DNA of 51,157 nucleotides from Aduncisulcus paluster (Eukaryota), in contig BQXS01000117.1 of the NCBI GenBank assembly GCA_024181965.1, positions 1-51,157 on the forward strand, written 5' to 3'. The position numbers and the translations under genes are program-made. Positions 32,477-43,800 of this stretch are shown in pieces; the stretch's first letter is position 1; the number at the start of each line of letters is the position of its first letter. The notes under the pieces were generated by a model, which was given only the letters and a program-made list of their open reading frames with translations, did not search any database and was not told where the DNA came from.

Positions 32477-32888
32477 TTTTATGGTATTGACCTCACCAGA
32501 ACTACAGATCGAGTTTTAGAACAGAAATTAAAAGAAAAAAGAAGTAGCACCTCAACAAAGGTAGTTTTGTCTCAAAAATATGTGGACAATGGAAATATAA
32601 TATAATTACTATATTTACTCTATTCTGACGGTTTTTGGAGAAAAATAAATTGGAAAACAACATTTTTGTTTTCGCATATGTTATCTGATCTCAATCCTGG
32701 GATTTAAAAATCATGATTCATGATTCATGATGAAGATAACAGTAATCCTAATAATTCTTATCCCAGGTAGATTGAAGATAAATTGGAAAGATATATATAA
32801 ATCAAATCATAAATACCACATGTTAAGGAGGAATATAATCAACTCCTGACTATTAGTGGGAATACACATCGCTGACAGGGAAATTGTA

Positions 32889-33628
32889 CTAGTCGTCAAA
32901 TGAATCATGTCCTCCATCACTACTTTCCTCATCGTATCCATACTCACTATATTCATTTTCCTCATCTTTTGTGTCTGTAACAGTTTTCTCAGGATCTGAT
33001 TGTATTTTTTGAACTCCTTGATAAAAAAATTGTAATGTGCGTAATTTGGAAAGCTCCCAAGATGTTATTGCTTCAGGGAGAGTATACAAAGAACTACTGG
33101 ATCCACGTGTTAAAGCTTCCGAGAGCCCTTTCAAAAGTTGAGTAATTTTGTCGGAACGCAACGATATTATCTCAGCTAGAATTCCCTGGCATTCAAGCAA
33201 ACGATCAACACATCTTGGAGCCTCATCAAATAGCTCTTCACAAATTTCAAAAAAATAGTCGGGAAGGGGGATTAACTCACCGGGATTATCAGTTTCAGCA
33301 GCTCTTATTCTTGACAAATTCTCAGGGGAAAGCCAGGTTGGTGGAATAATTTTAACTACATCATTTTCATATAAAAGAAAAGCTAGCCACAGAGGTATTT
33401 CTATTTCTCTCCTAAGCAGAAATGGACCATATTCTTCCTATAATAATAATCGTCGCGAAAATGAGTTATAAAGATATAAAAGGCATTTAAATGAAATAAG
33501 TTGGCAAAGTTACATACAATAATTGTTTGTTCAATCATGCCAATAGGCTTTGTAACACTAACTCTAATTAAACAATCACTAGATAAAAACAAGTTATCTT
33601 GGTGGGTTAAATACCCTATATCTTCCAT
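32889..33628 (-). CDS. GINS2: GINS complex subunit Psf2; complement(join(32889..33437,33518..33628))
   Basis: An 80-nt GTATGT..ATAG intron joins MEDIGYLTHQDNLFLS..IEQTII to EEYGPF..IEIPLWLA..IIPPTWLSPENL..PLPDYFFEI..IISLRSDKI. Confidence 0.9.
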
Positions 33629-33843
33629 TTTTTTCGTGATATCGGGATAAAGATGGAAATACCGTGGCCAAAATCCAGAGATATTGGAGGTTTTCCCATT
33701 TCGTGGGGAGTAGTTGATTTTATTGAAAATATCCATAAGAAATTAACTAGTTTCTCAGCAGAAAACAATATTATTAAATTAAAAGGAGAGATAAAACATA
33801 TCTTTATCTGCTTGATTGGAAAGCAGCTCATTTGACCACGAAT

Positions 33844-35037
33844 ATGGCATTTCTATATACTAAAAGTTCAAAAATTGAGGTTAAATTTGAAGGAGAATGG
33901 TGTATGTTCAATGTATTACCATTGTTTTTGTATTATCTCCCATAGATGTTGAATCATTCTTATTTTTTGTTTTTTGCCTTGTATTCATTAGCCCGAGCTC
34001 AAATTTATGACAGTAGAATTCATGGAGATATTAGAGAATATTATATACACTTTATTGGAATGAACAAACGGTGGGATTCTTGGGTTCCTGAAAGAAGTAT
34101 TCGACCTGCTCAAAAAGTATCAAAATCTGAAGAAACTCGTTCGAGTAAGCGTTTACGGGCCCCTCGAACGGAAGAACACATTGAAGTTAAGTCGAAAACA
34201 ATTTCTAAAGTTGAGTTTGGTAAGTTTGAAATATCCACATGGTATTGGTCTCCCTATCCTGATGAATTTGGTGGTTGTGAGAAACTCTATATCTGTGAAT
34301 TTTGTTTATCGTATTTCAGTGATCCTATTCGTTATAAGCGGCATAAATTGAAATGTGATCTTCGATATCCACCTGGAGATGAAATATATAGGGATGCTAA
34401 TGTAAGCTGTTTTGAAGTTGATGGAAGGCTGCAAAAGGTTTATTGTCAGAATTTGTGTCTATTTGCAAAACTCTTCTTGGATGATAAAGCCCTATTTTAT
34501 GAAGTTGAAGCCTTTTTATACTATGTTATGTGCCGTCGAGATGCATTTGGTTTCCATTTGGTAGGATACTTCAGCAAGGAGAAAGAAAGTGAGAACATTT
34601 TGAGTTGTATTGCAACCATTCCATGTTATCAGAAATCTGGATACGGGAAAATGTTGATTGCTATGTCTTATTTGCTTGCCAAAAAGGAAGGAAGGATTGC
34701 CGGACCCGAAGAACCTTTATCTGATCTTGGTTTGATCTCTTTCTTGTCGTATTGGAAGCGTGAGATCCTACGTTTCTTGAAAGACAAGAAAGAAGCTTCT
34801 ATTCAACAAATATCGCAATTTACTCACATTCAAGTTGATCAAGTGCATCAAACTCTGGCTGCTTTGAACCTTATAAAGGACCTTCCAAGGGGAGATTTTG
34901 TAATTTACTGCCCTCCTGAAAAGACCAAAGAATTATTAGGCATTGATGGATTAGCTACTTTAGATAAAGAGTTTTTGGATCCTTCAAGGCTTATATGGGA
35001 ACCATTCCCTTCAATGTACCAGAATAAAAAGGGATAA
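33844..35037 (+). CDS. MYST-family histone acetyltransferase with chromo/Tudor-knot domain (Esa1/Tip60/MOF-like); join(33844..33901,33992..35037)
   Basis: EYYIHFIGMNKRWDSWV, TWYWSPYP, C2HC finger CEFC, FEVDG, YCQNLCLFAKLFLD, VGYFSKEK, GPEEPLSDLG; 90-nt GTATGT..TAG intron. Confidence 0.95.
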
Positions 35038-35309
35038 GACATGACTTGTTATCCTTCTTGTGTATTGCGTTTTATTGAAGTTTGGAAAGTAAATTTTGCC
35101 ATTATTTTCTAATTTTAACAACAATTTGATATTAAACTTCATTTTTTGTCTTTACATTATCATTTTCAATTTTCTGGTGAAATTGGATATTTTACATTAA
35201 GACAATGCAAGTAAAATGGTTTTATGGGGAATTTTATTATCTTTTTGACTTTTGCTATGTTGATTTAGAAATTGCATATAGAAAAAAATAAAAACTTGCT
35301 TTTTCTTGC

Positions 35310-38300
35310 ATGAGATCAGAGAGAAAAACAAAACAGCCCTATAGGAAGCCAGTCTTGCGTAAGCGTAGATCAACTTCGTATGGTTCTGTTCCCATGATTG
35401 CCTCTCACATGGGTTCAACCCGCTATCCTCCTTCTACAGCGGGTATTGAGCGAAGTTCCATCAGATTAGAAAGGATATCAACTCAACCTGACCATTCTGT
35501 TGAATTATCATATATTCATCGTCTTCTTCAAACTTTATCTTCATTGAAACAGATGTTGGCAGGTAGAATACAATCTTTATATTATTTATCGGGGCAACTT
35601 CATGCAGATACTGCTTCTGCTGGGCTCATGATGATATTAGATGATAAAACAAAGGTCGATCATATGAAAATGCGAAGTGAAGCGTGTTCCGATTCATGTT
35701 TGCTTACAGATACTTCTCACTCACTCACATCCTTATCAGCTCTGGTANNNNNNNNNNNNNNNNNNNNTGTTGGCATGTAGAATACAATCTTTATATTATT
35801 TATCGGGGCAACTTCATGCAGATACTGCTTCTGCTGGGCTCATGATGATATTAGATGATAAAACAAAGGTCGATCATATGAAAATGCGAAGTGAAGCGTG
35901 TTCCGATTCATGTTTGCTTACAGATACTTCTCACTCACTCACATCCTTATCAGCTCTGGTAACTCGTCTTTCAGGTATTGTGCAAGAGGAAGCACAAGAA
36001 GAAGAGACACGTTTAATATCTCTGAGTTCGCAGGCTGAGAGTGAGGTGAAGAATGCTATTGATAACCCCAGATCTGCTTTAAAACCACAAATAGATGAGA
36101 CAAAGGACCAACTACGTAATATTGAAGATCTTGAAAAACAGGGAATTACTCTTATAGATCAAATGCGCCCTCAAGATGAGCCTCAGACTTCATATGTATC
36201 TCAAAGATTGGTTGGTAGACCTTCGACAACTCCCCACCAACCACGGGGAACAATAGAAATGCGTCGAAAGTTATTATCATCGGCCCCTAGCGGTTCGCTT
36301 GGTCTCGTTGCTTCCTCATCCCTTGCTGATCTTCACTCGATGTCATCTGATGAATTTCTCCTTTCATATCGTAGCATGTCTCGCGCAACCACGCTCCTTT
36401 CGTCAAAAGTTTCATCAATATGCTCCCAACCCCTCGGTGGCAGCGGAAGCAGTTATATATGTGACAAGCCAAAGATGGATAGCCTGGAACGGAGTGTCCA
36501 TATTCTTGAGAATGTTGCATCATTCATGCATATGGTCACAAAAGGGTGTGATGAGCTGTGTGTCGAGGTGGAGAAAGAAGTTGGGGAAATGTTAAAAGAG
36601 AAAGAAAAGAGGAGACGAAAGAAGAGAGAAGAGGAAAGGATCGATTCGAAGGGAACAAAGCAACATCGGCAAAAGAAAGCAGTTGCACCCAGGACTCTTG
36701 AAAGCCTTGAAGATGATAGGAAGACAACCGTGGGAGATGAGAAGGCCCAACAGAGATCTCTTGCGTCCACACAACTCAAGCCCATTATTGATGTCGTTGT
36801 TGATAGTACTCTGCAAACTCCAGCACAAAAACAAGTTGAAGGGAAGAGTTCCGAGGCAAATATTGAAGAGAACGTCCACACACCTGCTGCTCTTGGAGAG
36901 CCTATATCTGATTCAAAGAAGGCATCAGCTTCAAAGGATAAGGAATATGATGATGAGCATATAGGTTCAGATGATTACTTGGAACCTTCCACGCCCAAAG
37001 CCAATACACGGGTGACTGCGAATAGCTCTGCATCAAGGAAATCGATAGCTGTTCGTCCTCGTTCCACGATGGATGATCGTCAACTTCAGGCCCAATCTGC
37101 TGCACTTGGTGCCTTGATGGATGATATTGAAGGATCCATGGGTATAATGGATCGTACAGAACAACCTACAATAATGATTCACTCAGGGAATGTCTCTGGT
37201 GGGTTCAACTTCTCCACCCGCTCGCGATCTGTGTCTTCCATGAGAAGCCAAGTGATGTCTTCAACGGCAACAAAACGTCCTCTTACAGTTGGCCAGCTCA
37301 CCGCACGCTTGAAGCAACCCTCAAGCGATTACCTTCCTGCTCTTGCAGCTTCTGTACGTCAGGTCAAGCCTACGAGTGGTCAGATTCCATATGTCGAATA
37401 TCGAGCCTTGTTGAGGAAGTTTCAGATGCTTAAGCGTTCATTTGAACAATACAGGGAACGGCAGAAACATTTGTGTCCCGAATGTTCCTCTTTGCGAGGA
37501 AAAGTACTCAAATTAAATAAGGTTATTGTAAAAGAACGAGATAAATTTAAAACTGAGAAGAAAGATTTAATTACTAAAATTACAAATTTGAAGCGTGTTT
37601 CAAGACATGTGTTGAAAGAAAAGAAGCGAGAGGCAAAGGAAAGAGAGCAAGAGCAAGAGAAGAGGAAGAGAGAGGAGGCAGAAGCGGCTGAAACTGAATT
37701 GAAAGACGAGGAAGAATCCCTCGATCTTTTTGTTAGACAGAAAGACAGTACCTTCGTCACTGCTATGGGTGCCATTCATGATCAATTTGGAGCCTCAGCT
37801 GAGGAAAATGGAGCGATTAAGGATCTTGGACAATCAACACATCACGATGGCTCTGAAGGTCCCAAGAGTGATAAGACTGGGGGCATTTCTTCTGACTTTG
37901 CCCCATCGACACCCACAGCTACTGTTCAGACTGGGTCAAATGCAGCACAACAATCGACTGGAGCTTCTTCTTCTGCTGCTGTTGTCCAAGCTTCTCCTCG
38001 GAAAGTATTGTTATCATCGATATCTCTCCCTGCCGCTCCAACAGCCATGGTCTCTCTGCCCTTCTCTTTTATTCGGGAACTGAGTGGAAATGCTGGTATG
38101 AATGTTGAGGCATTCGAACAGGCGATCAATGAGAAACGATTAGAAAAAGTATTTGAGTCGTCGATGCATGGATCTGATTCAACTCGATTCTCGCGACAAA
38201 GTGATCGTGATAGGTCCACCACTCGGGGTGGAGGTCCAATAATCCCTGAAGAGGACGAATTCAATGTTACAATGGACGATGATGGATTTGTTGTCATTGT

Positions 38301-40124
38301 GGGTGGTGAAAATGGAGAAGTTAGTGTGTTCGCTGTCGTTCTTTCACAACAGGGGAAAGGAGATTTTTCAAGTGGACGAACTAGTGGACGTTCGAGTGAA
38401 CCTGAATCCACGCATATTCGTGAGACAATGCTTTCCAACCACTCTAGTCCTTGCCCTGCAGGTCAACCAAATGAGTCTGGCGAAGGTGTGAGTGCTAATA
38501 ATACGAATAGTAGTGGTTCAGCTTCGGGGCTTACAAAGAAAGATTTATCATGCTCATCATCTCAAGATAGTGACACCACGCAGAGTATCACAAGTGTACG
38601 TCGGAGTAGTGAGCTTAGTCGAGGAGATGACTTCTCTGGTGGTCCTCTCTTGCGAATGGAGGCTCTCACTGCCTCATCGAGTTCTTCAAAGAAAGGGGTC
38701 GTTGGAGTCATCAACCATCCATCATCGATTCCAGGGCATTCCCCCTTCATCCCACCCACATCACCGACTCAGTCTTCAACTCCACAGGCTTCATCCAAAC
38801 AACTTCCAACTGGATCAACCTCAACTGGAGCTCCAGCAACATCTTCTGAGCACTTACATGGTAAAGATTCCCACCATCCCCCAGTTCCGCAGTATCCAAT
38901 CATTGTCCATCTCTATACGTTGCATGAACACGAGGAAGATGCTCGTGTTAATGATGTGAAAGTTAATCGGCATTTAACATTCAAATCTCACTTTGCATTT
39001 ACTCGTGGAGTGCCACTCATTGGTGCTTCTTNNNNNNNNNNNNNNNNNNNNCATCATCGATTCCAGGGCATTCCCCCTTCATCCCACCCACATCACCGAC
39101 TCCGTCTTCAACTCCACAGGCTTCATCCAAACAACTTCCAACTGGATCAACCTCAACTGGAGCTCCAGCAACATCTTCTGAGCACTTACATGGTAAAGAT
39201 TCCCACCATCCCCCAGTTCCGCAGTATCCAATCATTGTCCATCTCTATACGTTGCATGAACACGAGGAAGATGCTCGTGTTAATGATGTGAAAGTTAATC
39301 GGCATTTAACATTCAAATCTCACTTTGCATTTACTCGTGGAGTGCCACTCATTGGTGCTTCTTGTGATGACAAGGGACATGTCATCCTTTGGGATGTGCT
39401 TAGTGGAATGATAATACATAATTTACAGGTCAATTCAGCATTATGTATGCAATTTGATCCCAATGATCCTTCACGGTTGGCCGTTGGTGGGTTTAGAATG
39501 ATCACGATATGGGATGCGACATCTGGAGAAGCTGAGAAATCCTTCTCTGATCCATCTGTCATGCATACTTACACGATTGCTTTCCATCCCTCTTCTTCTC
39601 TGATGGCCACTGCAGGCGATGATCGAGTGATACGGCTGTGGGATGTGTCAACGGGACGGATTAGTGGCGATATCGAAGCTGCAAAGAGCTGGGTTAATCA
39701 TTTGTGCTTCACAACGAATGGGAAATATCTATGTGCTGGATTTAATGATGGATCATTTCGTGTTATCGATGTGCACACGGTTAGTGTGTGTGCTGAGGTT
39801 GCTGTGTGTCACCGTGCTGCGTGTACAGCTGTTGCGATCAATGCTCGTGATAATAGAGTTGTCACTGTTGGTGGCGATGGATTTGTGAACATGTTCAAGC
39901 TGGCTGCAGGAAAGTCTAGTTCGATGGGCAATCCACCTCGTGCAACTAGATTGAGCCCTGCCGCAGTCATTCATGGAGATCGGCTTCAGTTTATGTTCTC
40001 TTTCAAGAGTGAGCATGTCGGAAGTATTATTACAATGTGCTCCATTCCTTTCGCACAGGTCGTCATAACTGGAGGTGCAGATAAGGAACTCAAACTGTTC
40101 AAAATGAAGGAATGGGTAAACTAA
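35310..40124 (+). CDS. Large coiled-coil/low-complexity protein with C-terminal WD40 propeller; one gene of about 1422 aa after removing gap duplications
   Basis: ORFs 35310, 35677 and 39252 fuse when the 214- and 332-nt artefactual inserts are removed (4269 nt, divisible by 3). WD repeats include VILWD, ITIWD and ATAGDDRVIRLWD. Confidence 0.82.
35554..35961. repeat. Assembly artefact: 194-bp duplication flanking 20-N gap (35748-35767)
   Basis: 35554-35747 = 35768-35961, with 35562 G vs 35776 T. Confidence 0.9.
38720..39363. repeat. Assembly artefact: 312-bp duplication flanking 20-N gap (39032-39051)
   Basis: 38720-39031 = 39052-39363, with 38771 A vs 39103 C. Confidence 0.9.
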
Positions 40125-40426
40125 GATGGCAATTTAAATCAAATAATATTAATATATCCTTTGTTATCTTCTATTTGCGCCAATATTTGTCTGATTCATC
40201 ATCGATTTTGACTCAAAAACAACAATTGACAATTGTTGTGACCATAATGGTAATATCTCCATTATTTTTGTTAATATTAACAACTTATTATAGTCAAAAC
40301 AAATAATTCTATGTGTAGTTATTAATTTTGTAAGTAAAGCGTGAGTAATCTCTGAAATCAATGTCAATTTTTTTCTGTGAATTTCGAGTGCTGGATCTAA
40401 TTTTGAACTTCAAAATTTGAGATAAA

Positions 40427-40617
40427 TCTGTTGGGCAGAGACGAACAAGTATTTGCAAATACTGCGCCGTCACAGTAGAAGTTCTGGTGAAAGGGAACAG
40501 GAATCTTTTCGACAAGTGCCGAGTTTTGCCGTCATATAGGTAAAGTACAGGTTCGATAGAGTCGGGATAAAACGGAAATACCGGGACCGACAGGTGCGCA
40601 GACATTTATTAATTTGG
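40427..40617 (+). ncRNA. Candidate structured non-coding RNA, family unassigned
   Basis: GC-richer island between convergent genes with nested pairings CTGCGC/GCGCAG, GTTCTGGT/ACCGGGAC and TTTGCC/GGTAAA. G-U wobbles favour the + strand. Confidence 0.35.
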
Positions 40618-40705
40618 TTTATACTACTAACTGGTTCGTAGTCTACTAACAAAATCTCATTGAAGTAGCACAAGTAATAGTCAATGACATATTATGTAAA
40701 AAACA

Positions 40706-40750
40706 GTGGCAACTTGTCACTGACAAGGGTTTCAACTTGAAACTTTCAAG
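40706..40750. repeat. Tandem pair of 22-bp triple-palindrome units
   Basis: GTGGCAACTTGTCACTGACAAG (40706-27) and GTTTCAACTTGAAACTTTCAAG (40729-50); each has the form G-X-C-revcomp(X)-C-X-G. Confidence 0.7.
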
Positions 40751-40848
40751 AAAGAAACTCACAATGTCCTATCGTAAGAATATTCTTACTAAGAATATTA
40801 CTAAGAATAGTAAAAGCATTGTTACGAAAAATATATCAAAAAATAGAC

Positions 40849-43800
40849 TTACTTGCGAGAATCTTTCTTTTTCTCGACCCATCCACCCTTTTCAGTTCTT
40901 TCCTTTTCCCTTTGCTTTCTTCTCTTCAATCTCTGAGTACGAGTCATCTTCCTCACACCAGCTGTTGAAGGTCCAGTCTGTTGGCCCTTCTTCTTGATGA
41001 CATTCCCAAGTTCTCTAACAACTTGAGCCTTCGAAGCCCCAGAATGGATTTTTATGTATGAATATGGCTGGAAAGCACCCTCACGTGTAACATCTCCGGC
41101 GGCTCCATCCTTTGACTTGAACTCCTGACCAGTGTGTGTTGTGTGAATGGATCTGGCTCTTCTCTTCCTCTCCTTGCGTTCAGAAGACTTCCTCTTGAGA
41201 TAATCAATGGTGCTCTCTTGATCAGCGTTACTCTGCTTCACAGTATGCACAACAGAGGCATATTTCTGTGCGCCTAATGCCCTTCGTTTCCTTCCAATTG
41301 ATTCATCCTCGGGAATATCTTCAAGACCATCGTTGGACACAAGAACTTGATCCCCGACAATGGAAACACCGTACCTACCGGCGTCAGACGATTCATCAGT
41401 CTCCTCTTCAGCATCGTCCTCTTCCTCCCCTTCTTTCTTTTCCTCTCCTTCTTCCTCTTCTTCCTTACCAGTGCCCTCCTGATCGTCCAACCCACGTTCA
41501 CTTCGTCTGCGCTTTCCAACAGCTCTGGAAAATAGTTTGCTTTGAAGCTTTGAAACATCATCTTTGCCAGCTTGGTCTTCTGCACTCTTCTTGAGCATTT
41601 TCTTGCGTCTTTCAGTCTGTTTGACTTGACTACGACCTCGATCACCATATAAGTGACCCTCAATATTTAATAATGGGGGCAAGGTAAAATATGACAGCGG
41701 CAAGAGTTGTTCTGTTGATTCACTGGAACCTTTGTTGACAGTAAGGGAAGCATCATGCCCCTGTGAAACGGAACAAGAATGATTTCTTTGCTGGAATGAA
41801 CGACTGCCTTTCCCACAACTAACCAATATCTTTTTCAGAGCACGGATATCACTCAAGTCAGACGTATTTGACTTATTCGATTGTTCTTCACGCCTAATCA
41901 TCCTGTCAAGAGTGGTCAGGAGTTCAGTGTATTGCACCAAGTCAACTCTTCTCAGAACAACCATACATACGTGTTTAATATCTACACGGTGCTTGGGAGA
42001 ACCCAGCAAGAGGGTGAGAAGATGTGAAATGAAATGGGATAGATTTGAGGCAAAGAGAGATCCAGGCATGCAGAAAACGATCAATTTAAACATTGAGACA
42101 GCAAGGCGAACATGTTGGGATGGGAAATGAGAGGTTCTGTCACGTGACTTTTCTTTAATTTGTCCAACAATATGATGAAGTTGTTTGATACCTTCTTCAA
42201 CAGTTAACATATACATACCACGAACAGAGGGCTCATACGATACTGCCACACGAAGCAAAAGGAGCATTTTACAGAGCAACGTCATTCCGCACATCTGAGC
42301 TGGGCCGTGAGCAACACACGTGAGACGAATAAACTGGAGATATTTGAATAAAGAATGAAATGGTGCAGATTCCGCGGAAAAGTTGTCATCGGAACCAGAG
42401 ACATCCCCAAATAATGCAAATTCATCCTTTTCCTCCTTCTTGGAAGCCATCTCTCGGTTGGAAACCTTGACTTGGGCTCTGATAGAATGGCACAAGAGAT
42501 GCTCCAAGAGATGTTCCACAGCAAAATGTGCGTGTTTCCGTGCATCTGGAGTTGTCGACACACATCCCAAAAGCATATCGTTCAAGAATGAATCAGAAAA
42601 GGCCGTATAAAAAGTGATAGGAAGGGAAAGAGAGCCAGGCTTAAGGCAAAGAGAAGGATTCACGAAAAACAACCCTTGGCTTTTGGCTCTTTTCTTTAGT
42701 TCGTCAACAGACACTTTTTTGTGAGATCCTGACCCAAACAATTCATCTTTCTGAACACTCTTCTTCTTCTCCTCCTCTTCTTCCCCCTTCTCCTCTTCAT
42801 CCTCCTCTTCTCTTGTAATATCCCTGGATTTTTCTTCAGACTCTTCATTTTCTTCAGACTCTTCATTTTTGTTCCCATAACGATCTTTAATAACGAGACN
42901 NNNNNNNNNNNNNNNNNNNGCGTGTTTCCGTGCATCTGGAGTTGTCGACACACATCCCAAAAGCATATCGTTCAAGAATGAATCAGAAAAGGCCGTATAA
43001 AAAGTGATAGGAAGGGAAAGAGAGCCAGGCTTAAGGCAAAGAGAAGGATTAACGAAAAACAACCCTTGGCTTTTGGCTCTTTTCTTTAGTTCGTCAACAG
43101 ACACTTTTTTGTGAGATCCTGACCCAAACAATTCATCTTTCTGAACACTCTTCTTCTTCTCCTCCTCTTCTTCCCCCTTCTCCTCTTCATCCTCCTCTTC
43201 TCTTGTAATATCCCTGGATTTTTCTTCAGACTCTTCATTTTCTTCAGACTCTTCATTTTTGTTCCCATAACGATCTTTAATAACGAGACATTCACATGTT
43301 CTCAAGAGAATTTTCCTCAGTAATTCCATGCGTTGTTCGGTACATGATGCATCCTTCATCAAACTGCCCTGTTTAAAAAGGTTTGTGCGTATTTGGGCAA
43401 TGTTCTTGACGTCACAGTGAGGAATCAGAGCACGCAGAAGGTGAAGTGTCTTGCGTCTAGTGTCTTGAAGATCATGCGATTGTGAAGGCGTGTCTCCTCT
43501 TGATGAGAATAACAGGGTGAAAGCGTATGAAATCATCTTATTCACATCACTGTTCGTTACTTTAGCAGCACACAGAACCACAGAAAGCAAACCAAGTACA
43601 TTAATCCTCAATTTGTGAGTCATTTCCATCTTCATCAAAGCAGAAAACAGTGTGATCACACACTGGTTGTTAACTTCATAGATTCCACAGGACACACAGA
43701 CGGAAACAAGGGATTTGAGAGAAGATAGCAAGGAAGAATCATTGTTCTCTTGAGATGAAACATCAAGATAGAGCTTAATGGCATCATTCAGAACATTAGA

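Noticed and set aside
42530..43289. Apparent 130-aa tandem repeat in RRP12
   Set aside because: Near-identical DNA across a 20-N gap; assembly artefact.
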